DNA from: a phage
Strand: one strand, 5' to 3'
Assembly (NCBI GenBank): GCA_021421665.1
Contig: GCA_021421665.1_4698.1
DNA length: 32,908 bases
Shown: positions 1 through 7,836 of the stretch, piece after piece
Numbering within the stretch: the stretch's first letter is position 1
Layout of the letters: each line of letters starts with the position of its first letter
The notes under the pieces: generated by a model
Database searches by the model: none
What the model was told of the DNA's origin: nothing
The model's input: only the letters and a program-made list of their open reading frames with translations
Made by a program: the position numbers and the translations under genes

Positions 1-2
1 GT

Positions 3-137
3 TGTAAGCCTCTTGCAATAAAAGGTGCAGGTATGTCTGCTAACTCCCAATTGCAACTTTTTGGCAATTTCACAGAAGCGCAATTCCGCAATAAACATGA
101 AGTTATTGGTTCTTTTATGGTGAAACATGCAGAATAA
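3..137 (+). CDS. 3' end of an upstream gene (5'-partial), product unknown
   Basis: Frame open from the window edge to TAA at 135-137 (...GSFMVKHAE*); co-directional with the rest of the genome. Product not identifiable from 44 residues. Confidence 0.4.
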   Translation, partial: CKPLAIKGAGMSANSQLQLFGNFTEAQFRNKHEVIGSFMVKHAE

Positions 138-324
138 ACACAGTCTTAAGATGTTTGATGGTCATGAAGACCTGCAAGCACAAATCACTAACCAAGCCTT
201 CCTGTTTGCACAGTTAACTATGGCTGAAGCAAAGAAGAATAGTCTCACTCGTGAACAGATTATCAAGGAAGGTAGCCGTGGTGCTACTCGTCGTATCAAG
301 AACCACAGAAGTGGTGCTCGCTAG
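127..324 (+). CDS. hypothetical protein (65 aa)
   Basis: ORF-track ORF followed at 338-366 by a hairpin plus T-tract; no clear Shine-Dalgarno, and it overlaps the upstream ORF end by 11 nt. Confidence 0.35.
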   Translation: MQNKHSLKMFDGHEDLQAQITNQAFLFAQLTMAEAKKNSLTREQIIKEGSRGATRRIKNHRSGAR

Positions 325-337
325 TCGATAAGTCAAG

Positions 338-366
338 GGTTGTCTCACACCTGAGACAGCCTTTTA
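338..366 (+). terminator. hairpin (ggttgtctca / tgagacagcc, loop CACC) followed by TTTTA; terminator-like
   Basis: 10-bp stem with one G-U pair, seen directly; T-rich tract follows immediately. Member of a three-copy GTCTCAC...GTGAGAC hairpin family (also 5661 and 22195). Confidence 0.5.
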
Positions 367-388
367 TCATATTGATTGGAGGTGCATT

Positions 389-496
389 ATGCCACGTGAT
401 TATGATTCTGATTGGGACTACTATGACTCAATGAATCCAAAACCTGAACATTCAGATGATTATTATTGGGTGGAGGAAATGTATGAAAACTATTAA
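389..496 (+). CDS. small acidic hypothetical protein (35 aa)
   Basis: ATG at 389 preceded by GGAGGT; sequence MPRDYDSDWDYYDSMNPKPEHSDDYYWVEEMYENY; below the 60-aa ORF-track cutoff. Confidence 0.3.
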   Translation: MPRDYDSDWDYYDSMNPKPEHSDDYYWVEEMYENY

Positions 497-695
497 ACTA
501 AGCAAAGTTTGCTCTTGCGGTAAAGGCTATCGTAGTCGTATCGATGGTAAGTGTGAAAACTGTAGAAGCCAGAAGGATAAGGATGTGCTCTACTTATTCT
601 GGCGTGATGTATCAATACTTGATGTGAGTCCTGATTCTTTAAAAGGTAAAGTTCTAAGATTAAACACTTTTGGAGCAATCTATGAAATCAATTGA
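483..695 (+). CDS. small Cys-rich protein (70 aa), possible zinc ribbon
   Basis: ATG at 483 with GGAGGA 5 nt upstream; CSCGK...CENC four-Cys arrangement; the ORF-track start at 456 lacks an SD. Confidence 0.45.
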   Translation: MKTIKLSKVCSCGKGYRSRIDGKCENCRSQKDKDVLYLFWRDVSILDVSPDSLKGKVLRLNTFGAIYEIN

Positions 696-3228
696 TTGGA
701 AGAAGGAAGCAGAAGGTCGTATCCTCGTCATGGACGCCGAAAGTAAAGGTCTTCTTGATGCTATCCGCTATGGTCATCGTGAAGATGTACACATCATTTG
801 CTGCATGGATTTGCTTACTACCGAGGAGTTCTTATTCTTCGACCCGTATGAGATGCGTGACCCTGAAGCAAGGGAGCGCCTGAAGGAATGGGAAGGGCAT
901 CAAGATGGTGACTTGGTTGATGGTGTTAACTTCCTGAAGCACTGTGAAGCTATCGTGTCACAGAACTTCCTAGGATATGACGGTCTTCTCTTTGAGAAAG
1001 CATTCCCTGCTATCTGGAAAGGTTTTAACTATACCGAGAGGCGAGGCAAGGGCAGACTCCGCGCTGACCTGTGTCCTGTGCGAGTCATGGACACGCTGGT
1101 GATGAGTCGCCTGTTAAACCCCGATAGGCGCCTCCCTCCGCAAGCATACGCCAAAGGTATGGGTAACGTCGCCCCTCACTCAATTGAGGCGCACGGCATC
1201 CGTATAGGCCGCTATAAACCGGAGAACAAGGACTGGTCTAAGCTGACCGACCACATGGTTCACCGTGTACGTGAGGACGTGGCGATTGGTCGTGACTTTT
1301 TCCTGTGGCTGTATAACGGGGAATGGGTGGAGCACAAACGCCGTGGCGTGAATAAACGTACTGGCCTAGGCATTGAGACAGCCTTCCACATGGAATCCAT
1401 TGTGGCGCTGGAGATGAGCCGTCAGGCCGAGCGCGGATTCCGTCTGGACATCGACAAGGCGTTAGCGCGATGCGAAGAACTGGACGCTAAGGTTGATGAG
1501 ACAGTCGCAGCGTTCCGTCCGCACATGCCTATGCGTATCAAGTCTAAACCTTTTAAACCGGAAGAAAAGAATGAAGTATGCCAACGCGCAAATGAGTATG
1601 GAGCTAGCAACAATATACCTACTATCCTGGACCCCTCTCACTTTCTTCACACAGAGAGACGAGGAGATCGCAAGACAGTATGGAGTGTCACTACTAAGTC
1701 TGGTGATTGGTCAGCTAGTGTCAAGAAAGACTTTCCTCACCTTAGAGGAAACCGTAATGACACGCCAAGCATCAAGTGGATTGGTGCTTACTCGCCTGTT
1801 ACTTTCGAAGAAATTCCCTTGGGTAACAGGGATACAGTTAAGCAAGTGCTCTATGATTATGGATGGAAGGGTGTTGAATTTAACGATACCGAGCAAGCGC
1901 ATCTGGATGAGCACGGAGTGTTACCCAAACCTTGGAGTGGAAAGATAAATGAGAAGTCCCTTACTTTATGGCAGGAAAGAGCCGCACGTGAAGGTAAAAC
2001 AGTCCCTGATTGGTGCTTGGGTATCGCTGCATGGTACATACTCGTATCCCGTCGTGGTCAGATACTCAACCGTGGTGACGTTGAAGCCTTCAACGAGAAA
2101 GGAACGTGGCCCTCGCAGGCTGGTGTACGAAAGTGTCGCGGCCTTGTACCTGTAGCTTTTAACAAGGAGTTAGGGATCAATGCGCAGCAATACTACGAGA
2201 GGTATGGGTGTTGGCCTACGTCTGACAAGGATGACGGAGAGTGGCGTGTGCCAGCTATTGCTATTAGCATTGGCACTTCTACGTTCCGTATGCGTCATCG
2301 TAACGTGGTTAATATTCCTGCCCGTGGCTTGTATCCTTTACGTGATTTATTCATAGCAGGTGAAGGTAAGTTAATCCTAGGCTGTGATGGTGCAGGTCTT
2401 GAACTACGTGTACTATCTCACTTCATGAATGACCCTGAGTACCAAGATATTGTACTGCACGGTGACATACATACGCATAACCAGATGAAGGCTGGTCTTC
2501 CTAAGCGGGATATGGCGAAGACATTTATATATGCTTTCCTTTACGGATCTGGTATAGCAAACCTTGCAGCAGTATGTGGTGTTACTGAGGAAGAAATGAA
2601 GGAAGTTGTGGCAAGATTCGAGATTGAACTACCATCTCTTGCACGTCTTCGTGAGAATGTTATTGCACAAGGCAACAAGTTTGGCTACCTACAAGCACCT
2701 GATGGACACTGGGGTCGCATCCGTATGTCTGGTGGTGAACTTAAAGAGCACACTATGCTTAACGTATTGCTACAGATGACTGGTTCTTTGTGTATGAAAT
2801 ATGCATTGGTTAAGGCATTTGCAGTGATGCGCAAGGAAGGTGTGGCCTTAGATGGTATGGGAAACCCTTGTGGTGTAGCTAACGTGCACGATGAAATCCA
2901 GATGGAAGTACCTGAAGACGAGGTATTATATCTTAACTACGACTTACCTTTCACCCTAGAAGGGTTTGAAACAGAGAAGGCTGCTGTGAAGGCAGTGTTC
3001 GATGCAGAGGAGAAACGTGTTCATGTTGATTCCGAAGGGCGCATGTGGTCGGCTGCTAACTTGGTTGAAGTGGATGCTACTGCTGGTGTGTTGCGTTGTC
3101 AGCGTCGCTACCACAGGGCTGGTCATATTATCGCTGACGCAATGACTTGGGCTGGTCAGTATCTGAAGATGCGTTGCCCGATGGCAGGCGAATATAAGAT
3201 TGGTGCAAGTTGGAAGGAGACACACTAA
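682..3228 (+). CDS. DNA polymerase, family A (T7 gp5-like), with N-terminal 3'-5' exonuclease region
   Basis: Pol I motifs read in translation: DGAGLELRVLSHFMND (motif A), RDMAKTFIYAFLYGSG (motif B), VHDEIQMEV (motif C); resembles recalled T7 gp5 blocks GLELRCLAHFM and AKTFIYGFLYGAG. Start taken at ATG 682 (GGAG upstream) rather than the TTG at 670. Confidence 0.95.
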   Translation: MKSIDWKKEAEGRILVMDAESKGLLDAIRYGHREDVHIICCMDLLTTEEFLFFDPYEMRDPEARERLKEWEGHQDGDLVDGVNFLKHCEAIVSQNFLGYDGLLFEKAFPAIWKGFNYTERRGKGRLRADLCPVRVMDTLVMSRLLNPDRRLPPQAYAKGMGNVAPHSIEAHGIRIGRYKPENKDWSKLTDHMVHRVREDVAIGRDFFLWLYNGEWVEHKRRGVNKRTGLGIETAFHMESIVALEMSRQAERGFRLDIDKALARCEELDAKVDETVAAFRPHMPMRIKSKPFKPEEKNEVCQRANEYGASNNIPTILDPSHFLHTERRGDRKTVWSVTTKSGDWSASVKKDFPHLRGNRNDTPSIKWIGAYSPVTFEEIPLGNRDTVKQVLYDYGWKGVEFNDTEQAHLDEHGVLPKPWSGKINEKSLTLWQERAAREGKTVPDWCLGIAAWYILVSRRGQILNRGDVEAFNEKGTWPSQAGVRKCRGLVPVAFNKELGINAQQYYERYGCWPTSDKDDGEWRVPAIAISIGTSTFRMRHRNVVNIPARGLYPLRDLFIAGEGKLILGCDGAGLELRVLSHFMNDPEYQDIVLHGDIHTHNQMKAGLPKRDMAKTFIYAFLYGSGIANLAAVCGVTEEEMKEVVARFEIELPSLARLRENVIAQGNKFGYLQAPDGHWGRIRMSGGELKEHTMLNVLLQMTGSLCMKYALVKAFAVMRKEGVALDGMGNPCGVANVHDEIQMEVPEDEVLYLNYDLPFTLEGFETEKAAVKAVFDAEEKRVHVDSEGRMWSAANLVEVDATAGVLRCQRRYHRAGHIIADAMTWAGQYLKMRCPMAGEYKIGASWKETH

Positions 3229-3326
3229 TGAAAACTGCTTTTATCATTCTTGGTATTATATTATTTATGGTAGTGTTCTGGGCTTTCTCTGGCATTGACC
3301 CAGATTGTGATGGTAACTACGACTGA
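3228..3326 (+). CDS. small hydrophobic protein (32 aa), putative membrane peptide
   Basis: ATG overlaps the polymerase stop (taATGa); MKTAFIILGIILFMVVFWAFSGIDPDCDGNYD has one predicted transmembrane stretch; below ORF-track cutoff. Confidence 0.3.
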   Translation: MKTAFIILGIILFMVVFWAFSGIDPDCDGNYD

Positions 3327-3385
3327 GTTATACTCAAGGTCACTTACTAGTGGCCTTTATGAATAACTTAAATGAGGCAAATACT

Positions 3386-3646
3386 ATGATTAAATACACT
3401 GCTTATCAATTAACTAAAGACCGTAAGATAGGTGTTGAGGTTAAAGCTTGGAATGAAGGACACATCACTGTAGTTATAGAGTGTCTCCAAGACAATGGTG
3501 TGATGCTAAGAAGCTACCGTTGCTTCACCAAATTACGCTGCAAGGATTTAACTGAAGAATTATTCTTACGTTGTATTGTTGAATCTATTAAACTTATTAG
3601 ACCCTACGCCAAGCAAGTTGTAGGTAATGTCACAGTAGTACATTGA
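3386..3646 (+). CDS. hypothetical protein (86 aa)
   Basis: ORF-track ORF 3350..3646; ATG at 3386 is preceded by GAGG at a suitable distance; in-frame alternatives at 3350 (GTG) and 3359 (ATG). Confidence 0.5.
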   Translation: MIKYTAYQLTKDRKIGVEVKAWNEGHITVVIECLQDNGVMLRSYRCFTKLRCKDLTEELFLRCIVESIKLIRPYAKQVVGNVTVVH

Positions 3647-3668
3647 TTTACTGGACACTATAGAAGGA
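3646..3668 (+). promoter_or_regulatory. SP6-type phage RNAP promoter ATTTACTGGACACTATAGAAGGA
   Basis: Matches SP6 promoter consensus ATTTAGGTGACACTATAGAAGAG at 19 of 23 positions; predicted +1 G at 3663; intergenic. Confidence 0.8.
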
Positions 3669-3732
3669 ATGCCTAGGTAATCTAGGTTTATAAGGTAGTA
3701 TAGGTAGTTAAGTAAATATAGGAGGTATAAAT

Positions 3733-4059
3733 ATGTCTATGGTGACTACTCTGGTATTCGTGGCTCAATACTTTCGTGGCTTATCTAATAAGTTTAAGCA
3801 GAAGGCTATCTTTGCAATTCAAGAGCGTATCAATAAAATTGAAGAAGAACAAGTAGATGTAGAAGAACATCGTAGTTCTCAAATGATTGACTGCCACAAC
3901 CGCTACTATGCATCTCGTGATGACCTTAATGCGCGTCAAGTCAAAGAGGTTGAAGAGATGCTGGCCGCCACCAGCAAGAGCGTGACAAACTGGAAGCTGA
4001 CTTCGAAGAGAACAAGGCACCCATCGCCCTTGTACATCAAGCCGCATCTGACAGCTTGA
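3733..4059 (+). CDS. hypothetical coiled-coil-like protein; C-terminal part may continue in the -1 frame to 4109
   Basis: AGGAGG SD before ATG 3733. A second frame is open 3954..4109, lacks a start of its own, encodes a coiled-coil-like peptide and ends at the SD of the next gene. Confidence 0.5.
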   Translation: MSMVTTLVFVAQYFRGLSNKFKQKAIFAIQERINKIEEEQVDVEEHRSSQMIDCHNRYYASRDDLNARQVKEVEEMLAATSKSVTNWKLTSKRTRHPSPLYIKPHLTA

Positions 4060-4118
4060 AGAAAGAGATTGTTATGCTGGAGATTGAACTGGACAACCTA
4101 ACTAAGTAAGGAGTTATG

Positions 4119-4415
4119 ATGGAAGAAGTGATTCAAGCTAAACATGTAGGTATCATCTTTCGTGATCTAGAGCAGCGTAAAGTTGCAGGTCATACCCGTT
4201 TGGCTAAAGAAGATGATACAGCAATCGCTACTGTTGAACAAGCAGATGCCTATCGTGGGCCAGAGTTTACTCAAGGTGAAACTTGTCACCAATTGAGCCT
4301 GTCACTTTGTGACACTATGGCTAGTGTGAATGTGCAAGAAGTTGAAGATGGAGACTGTGTTAGCTACGTCTACCCTCTGGACACTGTTGCACGTATTAAA
4401 GTAATTCATAAATAA
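4119..4415 (+). CDS. hypothetical protein (98 aa)
   Basis: AAGGAG at 4108-4113 is 5 nt before ATG 4119 (ATG 4116 is also in frame); stop abuts the next promoter. Confidence 0.55.
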   Translation: MEEVIQAKHVGIIFRDLEQRKVAGHTRLAKEDDTAIATVEQADAYRGPEFTQGETCHQLSLSLCDTMASVNVQEVEDGDCVSYVYPLDTVARIKVIHK

Positions 4416-4436
4416 TTACTGGACACTATAGAACAA
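4414..4436 (+). promoter_or_regulatory. SP6-type phage RNAP promoter AATTACTGGACACTATAGAACAA
   Basis: Core GGACACTATAGAA conserved; predicted +1 G at 4431; intergenic. Confidence 0.75.
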
Positions 4437-4506
4437 TAGGACGTGGGTTTGTCAGAGACAGTAAATCCAAGGTGCTCAGTGAGCGTAAAGCCTAAGCACG
4501 TCCTAT
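4436..4506 (+). promoter_or_regulatory. large stem-loop at the 5' end of the transcript (RNase III-site-like)
   Basis: ataggacgtg (4436-4445) is a perfect 10-bp complement of cacgtcctat (4497-4506), enclosing 51 nt with sub-hairpins; further hairpins at 4531-4547 and 4551-4565; 188-nt untranslated leader before ATG 4625. Confidence 0.4.
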
Positions 4507-4624
4507 GATTGTAAAGTGTTTAACCGCCTTTTGTGCATCTTGCACAACCCGAATCAATCGGGCTTTCTAGTGAGTACATGCTTGTGCTCAGTACAAAGCT
4601 AACTGACAATAGGAGACTAAATAA

Positions 4625-5431
4625 ATGGCACGTGGTGATTTTGATTTTGGTGCTCAGGTTACTAAAGCTGAAGGTAAAGTATTTAAGAACCCTGAAGTTG
4701 GTGATCATGAAGCAGTAATCTCTGGCATCATTCATGTTGGTTCCTTCCAAGATATCTTTAAGAAAGGCAATACCACTGAAGTTAAGAAGCCAGCAAACTT
4801 TGTGCTTGTTAAGATTGTCCTGATGGGTGACGATGACAAGAACGAAGATGACTCTCGCATGGAACAATGGATGGCTGTGCCTCTGAAGTCTGGTGACAAG
4901 GCAACCTTGACTAAATTCCTGAATGCAGTTGACCCTAAAGAGTTGCTAGGTGGCTTCGATGACTTCATCGGCGAATGTCTGACTGCAACTATGGTTGGCT
5001 CTGGAGACAAGAATGACGATGGCTCATTCAAGTATGTCAACTGGAAGGGCTTTGGTGGTATGCCGGATAAGCTGAAGAAACTTGTCATTGCTCAGGTTGA
5101 AGAGGAAGGTCTGTCTATGACAGGTCACATTACCTTCGACAAGCTGACCAAAGAAATCCTTGATGATATTCCAGCTAACTTGGTGCGTCAATATTTCCTG
5201 AATGAGACACCTCGTGGTAAGAACCTGTCTGTTGCTGGCTCTCACGTAGAAGCAATCATTAAAGCTGCTCGTGAAGAAGACCCAGAGTGGAAGAAGTCTA
5301 AGAAGAAAGAGGATGAAGATGCTACCCCAGCTAATCGTAAGCCTCTTGATACTGGTGAGACTGTTCCTCAGGAAGTACCGGAAGCAGACAATGCGCCTGC
5401 ACCGGAAATGGATGAGGACGCGGAATACTAA
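4625..5431 (+). CDS. hypothetical protein (268 aa) with acidic C-terminal tail; candidate ssDNA-binding protein
   Basis: AGGAGA SD; C-terminus ...APEMDEDAEY is acidic and ends in an aromatic residue, as in T7 gp2.5 (...DGDF). Functional call is inference only. Confidence 0.55.
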   Translation: MARGDFDFGAQVTKAEGKVFKNPEVGDHEAVISGIIHVGSFQDIFKKGNTTEVKKPANFVLVKIVLMGDDDKNEDDSRMEQWMAVPLKSGDKATLTKFLNAVDPKELLGGFDDFIGECLTATMVGSGDKNDDGSFKYVNWKGFGGMPDKLKKLVIAQVEEEGLSMTGHITFDKLTKEILDDIPANLVRQYFLNETPRGKNLSVAGSHVEAIIKAAREEDPEWKKSKKKEDEDATPANRKPLDTGETVPQEVPEADNAPAPEMDEDAEY

Positions 5432-5440
5432 GGAGGTGGG

Positions 5441-5659
5441 ATGAAAGTACAAATCGTAACCCTGCATTGCAAGAAGGGCATTACAACGCTTGGCGGTAAC
5501 ACTTTTCACTCCTTCTCTGAGGGTGAGACATACGCCGACCTGCACTACATCTGGCGCGATGGACAGCACGTGGTGAACTATAGTGACCCCACTACGGGGA
5601 AACGCCACGGCGTATCGCTTCCGGCGCATGACATTGCGCAGGTGAACACAGTTTTATAA
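5441..5659 (+). CDS. hypothetical protein (72 aa)
   Basis: GGAGGTGGG SD immediately upstream of ATG 5441; tightly packed after the preceding gene. Confidence 0.55.
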   Translation: MKVQIVTLHCKKGITTLGGNTFHSFSEGETYADLHYIWRDGQHVVNYSDPTTGKRHGVSLPAHDIAQVNTVL

Positions 5660-5660
5660 A

Positions 5661-5676
5661 GTCTCACACGTGAGAC
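5661..5676 (+). other. hairpin gtctca-CACG-tgagac (family member)
   Basis: 6-bp stem with tetraloop seen directly; no T-tract follows; lies between a gene end and the promoter at 5692. Confidence 0.3.
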
Positions 5677-5691
5677 AAATAGGTGTCCGGT

Positions 5692-5714
5692 ATTTACTGG
5701 ACACTATAGAAGAG
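5692..5714 (+). promoter_or_regulatory. SP6-type phage RNAP promoter ATTTACTGGACACTATAGAAGAG
   Basis: 21 of 23 match to the canonical SP6 promoter; predicted +1 G at 5709. Confidence 0.8.
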
Positions 5715-5764
5715 AAGAATTTTAATCGGCGATAATGCCACAACCAACAAAAGGAGAATTTAAT

Positions 5765-6130
5765 ATGTTCAAGATTGAAACTATCGTAAACCGTGTTGTT
5801 AAAGGTGCTGCTCTGGTATCCGTTGAGTCTTTCATTATCGTCGATGAAGCCGACCAACTGGTAGCTGGTACTAAGGCTTATGATACTCGTGAAGAAGCTC
5901 AGGCTAAAATTGACAGCATGGGTAACTTCGCTGCTGGTCTGGAGTTTGCTCGTGCTTGTTTCCCTGAGCAGGCTGACAAAGCTCAGATTGGTAAGGCTAA
6001 CATCGTAGCTGAGTATCTGGATTGGATTGCTGCTGGTAAACCCGTGAAAGAAGCTAAGGCTGAAGAAGCTGAAGTAGTAGAAGACGTAGCTGCACCGGAA
6101 GTACCGGTAAGCGAAGAAGAAGAGTTTTAA
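5765..6130 (+). CDS. hypothetical protein (121 aa) with acidic C-terminal tail ending in Phe
   Basis: AAGGAG SD 8 nt before ATG 5765 (ORF-track start 5735 lacks an SD); C-terminus ...PEVPVSEEEEF; own promoter upstream and terminator-like hairpin downstream. Confidence 0.6.
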   Translation: MFKIETIVNRVVKGAALVSVESFIIVDEADQLVAGTKAYDTREEAQAKIDSMGNFAAGLEFARACFPEQADKAQIGKANIVAEYLDWIAAGKPVKEAKAEEAEVVEDVAAPEVPVSEEEEF

Positions 6131-6136
6131 TTGATG

Positions 6137-6168
6137 CCCTGTCTGCCTTAGTGTAGGCAGGGTCTTTT
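6137..6168 (+). terminator. terminator-like hairpin (ccctgtctgc / gtaggcaggg) followed by TCTTTT
   Basis: 10-bp stem with two G-U pairs, then a T-tract; same sequence family as the hairpin at 15316. Confidence 0.5.
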
Positions 6169-6194
6169 GCGTAATAGTTATTGGAGAATGAATT

Positions 6195-6500
6195 ATGCCG
6201 ACTATTGGATCTCGTTTAGTAGCAGACTATGTTTATGGTTGTGACTTAAAGCTGGGACAAGATTATTTTAAAGTAATCGTCTTGCTGGATGGAGAAGTGT
6301 TTCACACTAAAACATTCACCCTACCTGAGTTATTTGATTTAGGTTATTGGGGTTATACTTATCAGGCCATAGCAGACAAGGTGCTACTCAGTGTATTAGA
6401 GGAGTGGCCTACATGCGACCAAACTTCGACTTCGGAGCTACAGTATCGGAAGACAATAATCTCATCCTGTGGCCGACTGAAGGTAATCGAATCGCTTTAG
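6195..6500 (+). CDS. hypothetical protein (101 aa)
   Basis: GGAGA SD before ATG 6195; its 3' end overlaps the exonuclease start by 88 nt, so its true extent is uncertain. Confidence 0.4.
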   Translation: MPTIGSRLVADYVYGCDLKLGQDYFKVIVLLDGEVFHTKTFTLPELFDLGYWGYTYQAIADKVLLSVLEEWPTCDQTSTSELQYRKTIISSCGRLKVIESL

Positions 6501-7441
6501 TAGATGCTGATATGTTGCCTTATATCGTAGGGTATACAATCAGTGACATGACTTATGTACGAGCCACAACTCGTGTTAAGTCAGGGCAAGTCCCATCAAT
6601 CAAAGATACACCTGAGTGTAAGCAAGCGTGTGACCGTGTGAACTCCCTGCTTAACTCTTGGGTGTATGCAGCAGAGTGTGATGCTGCTAAGTTATTCATG
6701 ACGAAATCCGAAGCTAACTTCCGTGTTCGCCTAGCATTCACCAAGCCTTATAAGGGTCAACGTAAGACCGAGAAGCCTCCATTCTTCTATGAATTGCGAG
6801 AGCATCTCTTAGAGGTTCACGGTGCAATCTTGGCAGATGGAGAAGAGGCTGATGACCTTATGAGCATCGCACAATGGGACAGCCACCGACGCTTCCAGCA
6901 AGATACAGGTAACGAGTTTCCTATCGGTAGTCCAGAGCATAAAACATTCTCTGATACTTGCATCGTTTCCTTAGATAAGGATTTGATGATTGTTCCCGGT
7001 TGGCATCTTCAGCCGGGTCAAGAGAAGAAGTGGGTAGAGCCTATGGGTTGGCTTGAGCTACGCCGTAAGGCTAATGGTCAAGTCAAAGACCTAAAAGGTG
7101 CTGGCCTCATGTTCCATTATGCACAGATGATTATTGGTGATGATATCGATAACTACTCTGGCATACCGGGTCGTGGCGCTAAGTATGCCTATGATCTTCT
7201 CAAAGGATGTAAGACAGAGAAAGATTTGTACATGGCAGTTCTTGGTGCTTACAAGGCTAAGTTTGGACATGGACAAGTTAAGATTAAGAATTACCGAGGT
7301 GGTTATCGTATCGGCAAAGCCTTTGACTTGATGCTTGAATGTGGTCGCCTAGCTCACATGGCAAGATTCAAAGGTGATATATGGCGAGCCGATAAGAACC
7401 CAATCTTGTGGGGAGATGATGCGGAATGGTTAGCAAATTAA
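6413..7441 (+). CDS. 5'-3' exonuclease (T7 gp6-like, FEN family)
   Basis: GAGGAG SD before ATG 6413; blocks IALVDADMLPY, SLDKDLMIVP and IIGDDIDNYSGIPGRG resemble recalled T7 gp6 blocks ILVMDGDWL, SCDKDFKTIP and IKGDITDGYSGIAGWG. Confidence 0.8.
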   Translation: MRPNFDFGATVSEDNNLILWPTEGNRIALVDADMLPYIVGYTISDMTYVRATTRVKSGQVPSIKDTPECKQACDRVNSLLNSWVYAAECDAAKLFMTKSEANFRVRLAFTKPYKGQRKTEKPPFFYELREHLLEVHGAILADGEEADDLMSIAQWDSHRRFQQDTGNEFPIGSPEHKTFSDTCIVSLDKDLMIVPGWHLQPGQEKKWVEPMGWLELRRKANGQVKDLKGAGLMFHYAQMIIGDDIDNYSGIPGRGAKYAYDLLKGCKTEKDLYMAVLGAYKAKFGHGQVKIKNYRGGYRIGKAFDLMLECGRLAHMARFKGDIWRADKNPILWGDDAEWLAN

Positions 7442-7836
7442 AAGCATCGGAGGTGGCAGCTTATAAGAAGGAATTGCTAGATAAGCAAGGATGGAAGTGC
7501 CCTCTGTGCGGTGGCAGTCTAAAGGCTGTCGCCCCTAAAAACCGTGTACTTGATCATGATCATGAGACAGGCTTCTGCCGCGCTGTTGTATGCCGAGGCT
7601 GCAATGGTGCAGAAGGCCATATTAAGGGTGTTATCTCTGGTTATGGTAAGGCAGGTAACAGCCGTTATTTCCAGCTTCAATGGCTAGAGCGGCTATACGA
7701 ATACTGGAAGTTACATAGTACGCCTCAGACTGATAAGTTATATCACAAACATCAAACGGAGGCAGAGAAGCGCGAGGCTAAGAACCGTAAGGCACGCCTT
7801 GCTTATGCAAGAAAGAAGGAGGTTAAAGTTGGGTAA
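7426..7836 (+). CDS. endonuclease VII-like Holliday-junction resolvase
   Basis: CPLCGG...LDHDHETGFCRAVVCRGCNGAEG matches the T4 gp49 signature C-x2-C...DHDHE...G-x-C-x2-CN-x-AEG. Confidence 0.8.
   Translation: MVSKLKASEVAAYKKELLDKQGWKCPLCGGSLKAVAPKNRVLDHDHETGFCRAVVCRGCNGAEGHIKGVISGYGKAGNSRYFQLQWLERLYEYWKLHSTPQTDKLYHKHQTEAEKREAKNRKARLAYARKKEVKVG

Noticed and set aside
1493-1948. Alternative-frame + strand ORFs nested inside large genes (1493..1948 and 1949..2155 in the polymerase; 7869..8150; 13190..13399; 14994..15263; 29705..29890)
   Set aside because: They lie out of frame inside genes with strong motif support and have no independent start signals.
4533-4718. ORF 4533..4718 spanning the leader and the start of the 4625 gene
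   Set aside because: It overlaps the hairpin-rich untranslated leader, has no SD, and its translation is low in complexity; the SD-supported gene at 4625 explains the region.
7561-7570. Extra TGAGACAG match inside the endonuclease VII gene
   Set aside because: Only one arm of the hairpin motif is present with no complementary partner nearby; treated as chance.
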